Positions 21,952 to 33,577 of a stretch of 64,000 bases of DNA are shown in pieces (the stretch's first letter is position 1; each line of letters begins with the position of its first letter). The stretch is taken from the IMG/VR virus record IMGVR_UViG_3300042391_000634, positions 1-64,000 of that record; one strand, 5' to 3'. The translations under genes were made by a program, and so were the position numbers. Under the pieces are notes generated by a model. That model was not told where the DNA came from. It did not search any database and was given only the letters and a program-made list of their open reading frames with translations.

Positions 21952-22311
21952 ATGAAACTATTAGATATACTTAACGAGGATGCTGAGGTGGACGTTCCAA
22001 AAGAGAAACGTAGGGTTAAAACCGTATTCAAGGCATTAAGGAAAGGGGTTATGTTTGTTCCATTTCTCGGATATAAGATTAAATATGAACTTAATAACGA
22101 CTACCAATTAAGTGTAGGGATAGGTAAAAGTCATAATGACACCATTTTATTTGTTCCATCAGATGATAAGACACCAAAGATAAAGTTATATGAGATTGGT
22201 TCTGACGGGGTGGAAAGATATTTCGAGGTAAATGGATATGACTCCATATATCAACTGATGTGGCAAAAAATATCAGAGAGATTCAAACATTTCCACATAC
22301 ATCTAAGATAA
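21952..22311 (+). CDS. CTS-like leader (MKLLDILNED) plus one KALKKG domain
   Basis: RRVKTVFKALRKG...ISERFKHFHI. Confidence 0.7.
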   Translation: MKLLDILNEDAEVDVPKEKRRVKTVFKALRKGVMFVPFLGYKIKYELNNDYQLSVGIGKSHNDTILFVPSDDKTPKIKLYEIGSDGVERYFEVNGYDSIYQLMWQKISERFKHFHIHLR

Positions 22312-22332
22312 GTGGGATAACTTATTTAAGGA

Positions 22333-22968
22333 TTAAATAAGTTGTTTGGCATGTGTTTTCATTTGTCCCATAACGTAATCACATATGTTTTCCTGAACTC
22401 CACGTGTATAATGACACTCCTCTTGTTTATGATATTCATTATCGTTCAACCATGTATCGAAATCCGTGGGGAAGGTAATCTTTGTTCCATACTCTAAAAG
22501 GGAATTAGACCATTCATTCTCAACAATAAAGATATAGTATATATGAACCCCCATAAGATGTAATTGTTTGAAGATGATATCAAACTGATGAAAGAGTCTC
22601 CTATTGTAATCTTCGTTATAATCTAACTGATGGGTTATGATATCCATAATATAATCTTTTCTAAAATTACGTGTATTGTTTAACTCTCTATCATTGTAGT
22701 AACGATTGGTTGACATCACCTTATTTTTTTCCCTATCGTAATAGGAACCTCTAACAAAGAAGGATAAGTTAAAGAATAAGATATCACCCTTTTTAATGTC
22801 CGTTACGCAGGATAATAGTTTGTTGAGTATCATCTCATTAGACCCACCAGATATTACTCCACGTGAATTGAATTTGTATTTAATCCTTTCAGATATAAGA
22901 CCAACAAAGTGTGTGTCTTCTTTACCCACCGTACCGTAACTATCCCCAAAATGATATATTGTCCCCAT
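22333..22968 (-). CDS. SGNH/GDSL-like hypothetical protein
   Basis: FGDSYG block I, GGSNE block II, C-terminal ECHY; similar to 54832-55590. Confidence 0.5.
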   Translation of the reverse strand: MGTIYHFGDSYGTVGKEDTHFVGLISERIKYKFNSRGVISGGSNEMILNKLLSCVTDIKKGDILFFNLSFFVRGSYYDREKNKVMSTNRYYNDRELNNTRNFRKDYIMDIITHQLDYNEDYNRRLFHQFDIIFKQLHLMGVHIYYIFIVENEWSNSLLEYGTKITFPTDFDTWLNDNEYHKQEECHYTRGVQENICDYVMGQMKTHAKQLI

Positions 22969-23012
22969 ATGTATAAGTAGTTGTAACTCACAAAAATGAC
23001 CCCAATCACGAA

Positions 23013-23021
23013 TGTGGATAA
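23013..23021 (-). promoter_or_regulatory. Perfect DnaA box in a divergent intergenic region
   Basis: TGTGGATAA, the reverse complement of TTATCCACA. Confidence 0.5.
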
Positions 23022-23088
23022 CTTTATGAGGAATAATTTAGAATATACGGAAATATTTCATACATTTGTAAAAACAATATAAAATATT

Positions 23089-23373
23089 ATGAAATACGGT
23101 TCATTAACAAAGAAAAACAAACCAACAAGGTTATCAGTGGAATTATTTTTAAAATACTTCGAACTCGGGGGTAATCCAACTGACACAAAGATTAATCCTC
23201 TAATAGGGGAAAGAATACAAGAGATGATGGGATGGAAAAAAGGCGAAGGATTAATATGTCTTCATTGGGGATTACATCCAAATGCAAGGAACAGTAAGAA
23301 ACATACTTATCATATCCCAATGACCGAAGCAAAGAATATGGCTTGGGATTTATATAGTAAATGTTCTAAGTAG
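23089..23373 (+). CDS. Hypothetical protein
   Basis: 94-aa ORF; upstream TACATTTG -7 element. Confidence 0.6.
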   Translation: MKYGSLTKKNKPTRLSVELFLKYFELGGNPTDTKINPLIGERIQEMMGWKKGEGLICLHWGLHPNARNSKKHTYHIPMTEAKNMAWDLYSKCSK

Positions 23374-23393
23374 ATTAACCATAAAACAAATAT

Positions 23394-23419
23394 AAGGGGA
23401 CTTAACTGTCCCTTTTTTT
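23394..23419 (+). terminator. Intrinsic terminator
   Basis: GGGGAC-TTAACT-GTCCCT followed by a T tract. Confidence 0.7.
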
Positions 23420-23672
23420 ATGACCTCAACCACCGTGAATGGGACTTCCGGCGTCGGAGAACAACCACCAAAACCGGCATACGACAACTATATGTATTTA
23501 CATATAAATCCCATTATAATATCTTTATTATATCCAAATAGATATAATCTCTAAAGCGACTGGAGTTCCTCAGTCCGTTAGTGGTATTATATTTTTTAGG
23601 ATATATTTTGAATTTTGGATGGAATTCTTTATATTAAACATTAAAGACCTACATGTAGGGGTAAAGTAATAT

Positions 23673-24773
23673 ATGGATAATAAACAATTCAAAGAACTAA
23701 AATCTCAGGGGAAACACAAATGTACACACTGTAAAGAAATAAAACCTATAAGTGAGTATTATGTTAATAAGAATTATAACACAATAAAGGGTCCGTGTAA
23801 GAAGTGTTATGTCTCATATAATAAAAGATTCAAAAAACATAAGGAAAAGGGAACCAAATGGTTATTGTCTTTAAGGGATAATGGAACAAAGAGATGTTAT
23901 AGTTGTATGGAGATATTACCATTTGATAAGTTTGGTAAGAATAAGAAGTCTATTGATGGACATATGCCATCATGTAAAGTATGTAAGAGTAGGATTGATA
24001 AGGAATATAGGGATTGTGATAAGAATAGACAAAAACTATTGGATAAGAAGAAGGAATACTATCAAAAGATTAAAGGTACGGAAATACATCGTATTAATCA
24101 GAAGAAGAGTAATGAAAAGAGAGATTATAAGGACGAATATAAAAAGTTAAGGAGTAACGAATGGAGAAGAGCAAAGGATGATTTGAGAAAATTAATTACT
24201 TCGTCATTTAAGAAAAGGGAATGGGTTCAGAAGGATACAAAGACCGAACAACTATTAGGTGCTGATTACTTCACCGTAAAAGGATATATTGAAAGACAGT
24301 TTCTTAAAGGAATGACTTGGGAGAATCATGGTGAATGGCATTTGGATCACATTATACCTTTGGACTCTGCGGGTAAAGATAAGGATATATTATATAGATT
24401 GTTTTATTATAAGAATTTATGTCCCGTATGGTGGAAAGATAATTTACAAAAGAGTTACAAAATACCTGAAGTGTGTACACTATGGAGTAATCCCATAGTT
24501 CCCTATAAAGAATTTAATCAGATATTTGAACCTACCCATAAGGGTAATGTTGGATCTAAACTATTCATTGAGAATGGAACAAGATTTGGAAGATTAATTA
24601 CATTGGAAGAATCTGAACCCGTTATATTAAACTCAGGTTGGAATAGAAGGATGTTTAAATGTCTATGTGATTGTGGTGTTGAAAAGGTCATTAGTATGCA
24701 GTCTTTAAGGTCTAAAAAAACGGTATCTTGTGGTTGTTACCATAAGGAAGTTATTAAAGGTAAGAGGAAATAA
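23673..24773 (+). CDS. Homing-endonuclease-like protein: Zn-finger repeats, HNH-like core, C-terminal CDCG/SCGC domain
   Basis: KCTHCKEIKP, RCYSCMEILP, CKVCK; WENHGEWHLDHIIPL; GTRFGRLIT...KCLCDCG...TVSCGC. Confidence 0.75.
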   Translation: MDNKQFKELKSQGKHKCTHCKEIKPISEYYVNKNYNTIKGPCKKCYVSYNKRFKKHKEKGTKWLLSLRDNGTKRCYSCMEILPFDKFGKNKKSIDGHMPSCKVCKSRIDKEYRDCDKNRQKLLDKKKEYYQKIKGTEIHRINQKKSNEKRDYKDEYKKLRSNEWRRAKDDLRKLITSSFKKREWVQKDTKTEQLLGADYFTVKGYIERQFLKGMTWENHGEWHLDHIIPLDSAGKDKDILYRLFYYKNLCPVWWKDNLQKSYKIPEVCTLWSNPIVPYKEFNQIFEPTHKGNVGSKLFIENGTRFGRLITLEESEPVILNSGWNRRMFKCLCDCGVEKVISMQSLRSKKTVSCGCYHKEVIKGKRK

Positions 24774-24780
24774 ACCCTGA

Positions 24781-25565
24781 AGGGGACCAAAGGTCCCCGC
24801 AAACTTCCGAGATTGTCACCATTTTACTTCCGAGATTGTCCACGTTTTACTTCCCACTATGTCTCCGACATCCGTGTCGGGAACACCCCCGATTTCCCAC
24901 TCGACCTAATTTTACTACGTTGTTTTCAGGAATAAAATCCCACCTGTAGACCCCTGAAATTTACCCCCATTTTATCCCCGTTATTGACCCTGTTAGAGGG
25001 GTTTTATTTACATGTTTTTATCGTAGGTTGTAAATCGGTATAATAATCCCACTTTTAGTGATATTTATTGATTGTGTATATACCAGCGTCATTTTGGGGA
25101 GAAAGTGGGGAAAAGTGGTAAGTTGTGGGGATTGACCCTTCCGTCAATCGAGACCCATATTCTAAAAATTTCAGATATATAACTGTATTACGGGGTCCTT
25201 CGGACCCCTTCAGGTGTGTCATAGTGTCATACAATGGTATATATGTATATATAATAGGATATGTAATACGTTCATTATTAAGGGACTAATTTCTATTTAA
25301 CATAATACCTGTTATAGGTTCACAAGTTATTAACATTGTCATACACCCTGACGACCGACCGAAGGGAGGGAGGAAACTTACTAACAACTTATCCACATTC
25401 CGTAATACGTCACTTTGCCAGACAATATCACGTTGATAGAATACCCGTTCACAAAACTTGCCAAACAATATTAGAGAACTTTTGGGCCAAACACATTTGT
25501 CCGTCATACATTCGTTCCACTACGGTAATACATAAAACCTGAAGGGGACCCATAGGGTCCCCGTA
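24781..25565. repeat. Non-coding, GC-enriched hairpin/direct-repeat zone at a convergent strand switch
   Basis: GGGGACC-AAA-GGTCCCC (24782), CTTCCGAGATTGTC x2, GGGGTCC-TTCG-GACCCC (25192), GGGGACCC-ATA-GGGTCCCC (about 25544), DnaA box 25389-25397. Confidence 0.6.
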
Positions 25566-25589
25566 ATTATGATTAATGTGTAATACGTA

Positions 25590-26513
25590 TTAATAATCTA
25601 TACCGAAGTTCCCGAAACGAGTTCTTAGAAATGAACGGAATTCTGATTGTTCTTCTTCAGACAGAGGTGAATCCGAAGGAGAGTTCTTTTTACCATCAAC
25701 TATCTCCCACCCAAAATTGGCTGCAACCGTGAACTCAGGATGTAATACTTTGTCTTGTTTGTTGTATGAATTATAATCTTGATGAACAATAAACCCTGCC
25801 TTTTTAACGTCGTAATCACTCAACTCATATGTATGACCTTTCCAAGTTCCCTTTCTAAGAGCTAGAAATACTGTATGGGCTTTCTTAAGTAACTTCTTCA
25901 TATATGGTCCATAGTCATCCGAGAAGGTTGGAAGGTCTGTTGGGGATAATTTATATGTTGATAACAATAGTGACCTTGAAAATAATATATTACCAAGTGG
26001 ACGTGGAGCCGAAACCTTTGTGTTCCATATGTGGTTCTCCATCATGTCCTTTAAGTGAAATATACCCCTCAATGGAAATACATTGATACGTTGTATCTTA
26101 ATGTCATACATGTCCAACAAACTTGTTGGAAAGATAGACGGTTTATCCCTAAGGTCAGGATTAATCTTTATCAAACTATCCACAAAGTCCTCCATACATA
26201 TTGTTAACAAATTTGTTGGGATGACTGGTGTTGAATCCATGTTTGGCATAAAGTCAATATCACATGTAATCTCCCCCAGTACACCTTCTTTGAATCTTTC
26301 TGGTGTGAATGGTATCTCTTCTATACGGATTGAATTATGAATCTCACCCTCGGGAACGATTAGGGTCTTCCAAAAGATATGGTCACTTCTATATTTCTTC
26401 AGGGTCTGAACCAATTTCTCGTTGGACCTTCTTTCAGATTTGAGCTCATCGTTATCGGATGGGATATCTGAAGGTATTGTTTCGTCCTGTTCTCTTAGTT
26501 TACTTAATTTCAT
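25590..26513 (-). CDS. Leader (MKLSKLREQ) plus C-terminal KALKKG domain protein
   Basis: TATTTATA directly upstream on the minus strand; KKAHTVFLALRKG...LRTRFGNFGI. Confidence 0.65.
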   Translation of the reverse strand: MKLSKLREQDETIPSDIPSDNDELKSERRSNEKLVQTLKKYRSDHIFWKTLIVPEGEIHNSIRIEEIPFTPERFKEGVLGEITCDIDFMPNMDSTPVIPTNLLTICMEDFVDSLIKINPDLRDKPSIFPTSLLDMYDIKIQRINVFPLRGIFHLKDMMENHIWNTKVSAPRPLGNILFSRSLLLSTYKLSPTDLPTFSDDYGPYMKKLLKKAHTVFLALRKGTWKGHTYELSDYDVKKAGFIVHQDYNSYNKQDKVLHPEFTVAANFGWEIVDGKKNSPSDSPLSEEEQSEFRSFLRTRFGNFGIDY

Positions 26514-26687
26514 GTATATAAATATTGCCAAACAATATTGACAGTGGATTCCTCCTCAAGGTTTATTTTTTTGCCAAACAATATTCGAGTCATCGTCTTC
26601 TGAGTTACTTTACTATTGACTGTCTACTGTAAACAATAAACCCCCCACAATAGTGGAGGGCTTACTATTGTCGTCCTATTGGGACAA

Positions 26688-26867
26688 TTACGCCGCTAAC
26701 AATTGGTTACGGTATGTAATTGCTGTTCTCTTGTTAGAGAAGTTCTTGCTGTGTTTAGTTCCTTCTACTGATACACGAACACGGTAGCTGTTACCATCAA
26801 AGTATACATTGTTAGAAACTGGCACATAAGTTGTCTTGGTGCGACGGGTTGTTTTTGTTGTTTTCAT
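26688..26867 (-). CDS. Small basic AP2-like DNA-binding protein
   Basis: NVYFDGNSYRVRVSVEGTKHSKNFSNKRTAITYRN resembles the AP2 beta-sheet plus helix; K/T/R-rich N-terminus. Confidence 0.5.
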   Translation of the reverse strand: MKTTKTTRRTKTTYVPVSNNVYFDGNSYRVRVSVEGTKHSKNFSNKRTAITYRNQLLAA

Positions 26868-27141
26868 CTTACTGAATTTAAATTTTAACATTATTGATTA
26901 TATTAAAATATAAAAAAATAAATCCGTAAAAAAAAATAAACGGCAACTATTTTTTCTTTTTCCCAGTAATTGTTTTGCCAAACAACATCCCGAATCCACA
27001 GTGGAACCTTAACTTCTTCTTATATAATCATACCACTCCTCACCCCATCTCTCCTCCATATAGATGAAGTGACCTTTTCTTTCCTCAGTATTAAACATTA
27101 AATACCCTTTAAAGTAATCCTTATACCACCGTAGTTTTCTT

Positions 27142-28061
27142 TTAAACCTTATCATGGTATGTTACATTTACGGTTACCTCATCTAATTTAAATGTATCAT
27201 AGAACTTCTCTAAGACATCTATCTTAGCAAGACCTGTTTCTTCAGGTTCTTGGTAGTAGTGGATGTGTTTCTTAATCTTCTTAATCTCATCCGTAATCCA
27301 TAGTTTAACAAATTGGTCATTCATTTTCTAATAGTTTATATTGTTTATCACCAATAGTATCCAAGATATATGCCACCTCTACTATATCTTCCAAGTCGTA
27401 AGTGGATAGGTCATCGAACTCATCACCATATGGTGTGGTACCTGTTAAGTATTGTCCATCAGACATTGTCTTAACTATGTATGGGACCTTGACCATTGAC
27501 GCGTCGTAGGTATTCTCCTCCGTTACATACACTGTGAACGGGTTGGTAAACTCTATGGTTTCATCAAGTTTGAATAGATTCTCTATCTCATTGCAGAACT
27601 TGGTCTTCAGGTTCTTTACTTCTTCCCTTGAGTTGTAGTTCATATTATTTAATATTAAGTTTGTGGTCAATTGAATATATTTCTTTTATCTTGGACCCAT
27701 CCATATTCACACCATCCTTATTCCAAAACGGTAGGACTCTTGGATTATACTTCACCTGTTGTCCATTGTCGGGGATGAAGTCCTCAGTTCTAATATCGAT
27801 GGTGTCACATAGAACCCACGCACATACCACCTTGTGTTCCCCATTTAATATCTTCATTGCTGTGGTCCTACTATTCTTAAGGACACAATCCTTCATTACC
27901 AACTGAACATCATATGGACTGTAGTATTTGGTATATCCATTTAGGTATTGGACCTTCCACTTCATATAGTTCTCACCTCTCCCGAGGTTGAACCTAACCT
28001 TGATTTTCTTTCCCATATTAATCTTCAGTTTCTTCGTCACAACAATAAACACATTCCCCAT
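27142..28061 (-). CDS. Three hypothetical early proteins (27142-27324, 27317-27670, 27645-about 28013)
   Basis: ORF track; overlapping stops and starts. Confidence 0.6.
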
Positions 28062-28659
28062 CTTCTTCTAAGTCACCTCCACATACTCCACATACATCAC
28101 TCTCGTCCTCATCTTCATCTAAGAGGTCTCTGTCGGAGTTACCAAGATAAGTTATCCTGATTCCTACAATCTTTTCTTTATCCATCATAACCTCCATAGG
28201 ATATTGTCCATCTCCAATACCTGATGAGGTTACCACACCCGTGTCATACGAACCAAATTGGTCCTTATGTATTGTGAACTGACACATCTTCTCATACCAC
28301 TTATCACCACCATCTCTAAAAGGTATTTCGAACGGTTGGTCAAGTGTGGGTGTTGTAATACCTTCTGCTATTTCATCGTTACGGTAACTTGTCATACAGA
28401 AGATTCCACACTGACCTGAGTCAACACCACATTCACTGTGGTCTTCCCACTCAAGTGATACACCATCGTCGGTTATGGATTCGTGAAGTATTGTAATACC
28501 TGATACACGAACACCCCAACCTGTTCCTTCGTCGGACTTTTCAACTTCGACATTGTAGAGACCGGGTAATACATTATCTAATTTGGTTTGACACCAAGTA
28601 TCCAATGAGTAACAAGGATCGGATACCATTACATTTTCGGAGAGAGTAATTTGATTCAT
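28018..28659 (-). CDS. DUF4241-like protein with acidic tail and C-terminal Zn ribbon
   Basis: VSDPCY, GVDSGQCGIF, SSGIGDGQY; CGVCGG..EEDGECVYC. Confidence 0.5.
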   Translation of the reverse strand: MNQITLSENVMVSDPCYSLDTWCQTKLDNVLPGLYNVEVEKSDEGTGWGVRVSGITILHESITDDGVSLEWEDHSECGVDSGQCGIFCMTSYRNDEIAEGITTPTLDQPFEIPFRDGGDKWYEKMCQFTIHKDQFGSYDTGVVTSSGIGDGQYPMEVMMDKEKIVGIRITYLGNSDRDLLDEDEDESDVCGVCGGDLEEDGECVYCCDEETED

Positions 28660-28709
28660 AGTTTTAAGTTTAGGATGTAAAGTTAATAAAGATTTAGAAT
28701 ATCACAAAT

Positions 28710-29210
28710 TTATTTGGAATATATTTTCTTATAGTTATCCACATTTTCTTCTATCTCATATCTCATTACTGTGGATATCTTGTCATACACTCGGTCCATG
28801 AATAACTCATTGCCAGACAATATCGTCACGTCTGCTGTTCCTTCGGGGAAGTATAAATCTATTGGGTCTATAAGAACCCTTACTTCATTAATATCATTAT
28901 CCGACCTGAAGAATGGACAACGACCATACACATAAGTGTTCCTAACAGTGTAGAGTTTAACACACTCTTTCATGTTAGTTAAAGCTCTAATCTGCATAAT
29001 GATTACTTCTAAGTTAGCCAACTGTTGAATGTCCATCTTATGTTTCGAAACCTTGGTTCTATATTCTGTTACAAAGTCTGCCAAACAATATTCGCCTGGC
29101 CCGTCTGTGTTATCACTTCTTGTTATGAACTGGTCATAGGAACTCCTTTCTTTAGAGGTCCCTACAATATTTACAAATACTCCTTCGGTGGTTTTATTTA
29201 CCCTACCCAT
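28710..29210 (-). CDS. Hypothetical protein containing two repeat half-sites and a DnaA box within its coding sequence
   Basis: TGCCAGACAA near 28811, TGCCAAACAA near 29079, TTATCCACA at 28735-28743. Confidence 0.6.
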   Translation of the reverse strand: MGRVNKTTEGVFVNIVGTSKERSSYDQFITRSDNTDGPGEYCLADFVTEYRTKVSKHKMDIQQLANLEVIIMQIRALTNMKECVKLYTVRNTYVYGRCPFFRSDNDINEVRVLIDPIDLYFPEGTADVTILSGNELFMDRVYDKISTVMRYEIEENVDNYKKIYSK

Positions 29211-29423
29211 GTTTTCTTATTTAAAATGTTAAAAAATGCTTCAGTTATTTTGCCAAACCAATTCGACCTGGAGACTCTGGCTGGTCGACCAGAAAAAACC
29301 CTGGTGTTAAAATCGTTCCCTCCATAGTATGGAGTTGGTTTTCTATATGCACTTGCCACACCATATTGGCGGCACCACTCGTCTTGAGGTGGTTGTTTTT
29401 CAGGGTAAGTAGTCTTACTCACT

Positions 29424-30035
29424 TTAGGATTCGACATTGCTTTCTTTTGTTTCGTTATATAATCTTGTTAATTCTTTCTTGTCTTCGTATGATACGAACA
29501 TATATTGGTTAAGGAAGTCTTCTAATGACATCTCTTCGCCCGAGATACTATCTAAACTATAGTCCACTTCAGACCAAAACTCATCTTTAGATAAAATATA
29601 CATTCCCTCAAGGAAACCAAACTCTTGGTCAAAGACATCCAACTCACCATCTTGCCAAGTAAATGTTGTCTCACCTGTAAATCCTACCCCACCTTCAGAG
29701 TAGTAGATGTGTCCATTCACCTGATACATTTTGCACAGATTCTCCATAAAAGGAATGGGAGGACTCCAAGCTGTTTCACAACTAAAAGATATTTCATCTT
29801 TGTTTAATGTAAATGCGTGTCTATCATATGAGATATCCCATTTAGTTCCAAACCAATTTACATTAGTATCATACCATTTCTCTTTGTAATCACCTTCAGA
29901 CATATAGGATGGAATACCTATTAGAGATTTAAACACATCATCATTCTCCTTAAGATTCTTAAGAACAGCGGTGAGGGCTTTAATAGTTCCCTCATTACCG
30001 CTGATTGTAATATTGTTATTGCACCAATTTGGCAT
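29424..30035 (-). CDS. DUF1281/Api92-like ferredoxin-fold protein
   Basis: MPNWCNNNITISG...WYDTNVNWFGTKWD...F.CETAWSPP...Y.EGGVGF.G. Confidence 0.7.
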   Translation of the reverse strand: MPNWCNNNITISGNEGTIKALTAVLKNLKENDDVFKSLIGIPSYMSEGDYKEKWYDTNVNWFGTKWDISYDRHAFTLNKDEISFSCETAWSPPIPFMENLCKMYQVNGHIYYSEGGVGFTGETTFTWQDGELDVFDQEFGFLEGMYILSKDEFWSEVDYSLDSISGEEMSLEDFLNQYMFVSYEDKKELTRLYNETKESNVES

Positions 30036-30291
30036 ATTATAAGAATTTAGTTTTATCGTAGAAGTTATTGTCGAGAGCTTTCTTAATCCCACTAATTAAA
30101 TGACATCTTGGTTCGGTGTCATACACTTCAGGATATTTAACCTTAATTTTCTCTCTTGCGGTATCAAACATAGTTTCGATTACTTCGGGAGTAACTCCTT
30201 TACCTTTTTCAATAAACTTCACAATTTTATTTAATTGTGTTTGACAAGCTGTATCACCAGCTTTACTATACATTTCAAAACTCATAGTATT

Positions 30292-30888
30292 TTAGTTTTC
30301 TTGTTCTTGTTTAAAATCATTTAGGAACTCACTCTCTAATGGTAAGTTATTCAAATCATATTTCTTTATCAACTTGATTGGATAATACTCACTTTCTTTA
30401 TCGGTTAGATTAAAGAACCTGTCCTCTATGGTTAATGGATTTTTATTAAAACCCTCGTAAACCTCTAATACATTCTTATCCAAATCTACAAGATATGCCC
30501 ACTCACAGAATAAACTATCACCTGCGAAGTCGGTGCTATCAGTAATCCATATCTCATCTTCTTCACCATTCATAATCATTTCAAGAATTTTAGCTCCATT
30601 GTCTCTTGTTAGATAAGGATACTTTTCCTGATACAATTTTGACTGGTCTCCATCCATCCAACCATTCTCACATCCAATAGACTTTAGCCACTTGCTAATT
30701 TCTTTTTCTTTACTACCATTCATAAACTTGACCTTACTTAATTTCTTCTTGAAGTCGTCCAAGTTGTTTGTTGATAAAAAGTCTAATACGACAACACCAT
30801 TACCTGATGGGTATCCATCCCATTGTCCGTATTGAGCTACCTTTGTTTCTCCATTGGAGATTACCATTGTTAAGTTTCTTGTTCCCAT
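30292..30888 (-). CDS. Conserved phage hypothetical protein (GTR...QWDGYPSG.G family)
   Basis: MGTRNLTMV...YGQWDGYPSGNG...EWAYLVDLDKNVLEVY. Confidence 0.6.
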   Translation of the reverse strand: MGTRNLTMVISNGETKVAQYGQWDGYPSGNGVVVLDFLSTNNLDDFKKKLSKVKFMNGSKEKEISKWLKSIGCENGWMDGDQSKLYQEKYPYLTRDNGAKILEMIMNGEEDEIWITDSTDFAGDSLFCEWAYLVDLDKNVLEVYEGFNKNPLTIEDRFFNLTDKESEYYPIKLIKKYDLNNLPLESEFLNDFKQEQEN

Positions 30889-31187
30889 TTTTATAAGTTT
30901 AGGATACAAAGATAATCATTATATCATTACACACAAACTTTTTTTGTTAAAATTTTGCTAAAGGATTTTAAATTTCTCACAGACATGCATCTGGTTGATA
31001 TTGTTTGGCAACGTTTGCGCTGGTAAATGCTGCAAATGCGCTCAGGGGGTATTTGTTTGGCAAAATCTTGGTATTGATAATCAATGAGTTATGTTTTGCC
31101 AAACAATATCTGTCTGGTGTGCCTGGTGATTTTTCTGGTAAAACTGGTGAATTGGCTGGTGCGAAGCAACATTGGCACATGCGAAGC

Positions 31188-31216
31188 AAAAAAAATCCCC
31201 CGTATTTCTACGAGGG
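31188..31216 (-). terminator. Repeated intrinsic terminator (CCCTCGTA-GAAA-TACGGGG followed by a U tract)
   Basis: Near-identical copies at about 31191, 33884 and 37250; variants at about 26638, 35039, 36172, 38219, 38808 and 39586. Confidence 0.75.
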
Positions 31217-31640
31217 ACTGAACTAAACTTACGAACCCACCTATCTAAAACTTACTTACTTTGTAATACGTCTTTTAATAATCTGAAAGAACCTTTGATT
31301 ATAGTTGTCTCTTTAATTGCATCATCTATTGATTTAAAACTCTTGTGTAATACGAAAGTCTTACCATCATTAGAATACCAAACATCGTATGTGTTTTTAC
31401 TTTGGGATAAAATAATCTTCGTTGTCATAATAATACGGATTGATTAAGATGTAAAGGTAATACATTTTATATTACAAACAAAAAAATTTAATTATAAACA
31501 TTATTTTTCCACATTTATTTTTGCCAGACAACATCCCTCAGGGGCCTTACATCTTGTCATACAGCAAATAAAAATGGGTATCATTTCTGACACCCATTCT
31601 ATAACAAACACTACTATATTGAACACTTCTATATAATATA

Positions 31641-33577
31641 CTAAATATTTTCCACTTTATCAACTTTGTTGGAATAAACCTCCAATACATCACCCAACTG
31701 ATTCATATTGTATATTTCAGCCGTCGACTCTCCACCATTTTCACTTGGGTCTAATGTTTCTTTGACACCATCTATTTCTTCCCAACTGATTTCATCGAGG
31801 TCTCCCGATTCATACATTTCTTTGGCAATCTTCACGGCTTGGTTTAAGTCCTCAGCTTTAACTTCAAAGTCGGTTCTCATCCACGTGGTAATCTTTTGGT
31901 CTATAAAGAATTCAAATGTTTTCATTGTTACTTATTTAATTCGTTAATTAATGTGATATCAGCTTCGGACATTTCATCTACCATTACTTTACTTAACTCG
32001 TCGAGATGTTTGCCAGAGAATTTGTCATACCCACCCATTTGGTATTTGGGATAAACAATTTTTGTTTCGGTGTCGATTACAGATGCAACTGATTTTAATT
32101 CTACTATCATGTTAATTAATTTAATTTTCTTATTGACATATAATTTTCTAATTCATCCAAAGAAATACGACCATCGTTAGAACTATAATAACCTTGTAGT
32201 TCGTATCGTTTTTTCCATTTATCAAATGCCTCAAATGCTTTTTTCTTTGAGGGGTAATATGGTTTATCGAACTCAATCGTAAACCCGTCGGGGGATAATA
32301 CTTGATACTTTATCATAGTCCTGCGTTTTTAATTATACAATCTAATTTATATTCAAACTCTTGGGTCATACCCTCAATGTCATACACCCTTTTAGTTTCA
32401 TCGTCGTCGGGATGATAAAATGAGATGTCCACTTTAATTACATTTTCATTGGTTTTTTTAACCATTGTTTGTGAATATTCGGTTTCGTGTTTAGTGTCCA
32501 TATGTTGAGAACCACTAAATCTATTTTGTGAATGAACAACTACAACTTGGTGAGGACCTACCGGTTCCCAACCATCGTTAATTTTATTACCAACTACTAC
32601 TGAAAGTCCTTCGGGACTACTTGATGCTACGATTTTATATTCCATTTGATTTAATTCATCATTAAGTTAAAAAATTTGATACCTAACTCTTGTAATTCTT
32701 TACACTTTCTTTTTTTTACTACTTCATCACGAACGTACATTGACTTATCGGATGTAATACCTAAGTCCATCATAGAAAAGAAGTGTTCCCACTTACCACC
32801 AACGAATAACTCACCTGTAAATCTTTCAAGTGCATTGTAACATTCGTAGGTCATTTTTAATTTAACCCCATTAACTTTCGGTTCTTGTATTACTAACACA
32901 TCGTGGGATGTATCCCTTGTGTGTGATTTACTTTCGTAGATTACTTTATTTTTCATTTGTGATAGTTTTAAATTGATTTAGATTACAAAGATAATTTAAT
33001 ATTGTGTTAGGGAAATGTTAAAGTGTTAACGATATAAGGTAACATAATCACCAAAATACTTTTCAAAAACATTTAATAAGTTTTCGTAATCACCTTTCAT
33101 CATTTCAGATTGAATTACTTTACCATCCAAACCTAATTGTTTTGCAAACTTGGATGCCATACCAATTAATACAAATGCGTTTCCATCGGGACCAGTTAGG
33201 TCGATTTCAATTCCTGATTTTTTTTCGTTGATTGACTTTATCATAACTTAATTTTTATTTTTGTTTATAATTTTTTTCTCAAACCATTGTTTCATTGTTA
33301 ATGGTGTTAGGGCATCGGATAAATCAGTTAGAATATATTCTCCTGATTTAATTTTAGTTTCAGTTTCTTTTTTCGATTCCCCCAAAAATTGATTCCTATA
33401 CTTTCCCGTTGTCTTGGAATAATTCCAATAGGTCTCATCCAAATAAACTCTCCCGTCTTCAATCTTTACAATAATACTTTCGTAGGACTGAAAGATTCTT
33501 AAACTTTCGTTTCTAATTACAATCTGATTGGGAACTTTGTTCCCGTTCGAACTTGTTAAATTTCTAATTGTTGTCAT
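31641..33577 (-). CDS. Seven small early hypothetical ORFs (31641-31925, 31928-32110, 32116-32316, 32313-32645, 32651-32956, 33026-33244, 33248-33577)
   Basis: ORF track; TATCTTTG -7 elements upstream (CAAAGATA at about 32986 and about 33596 on the + strand). Confidence 0.6.
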
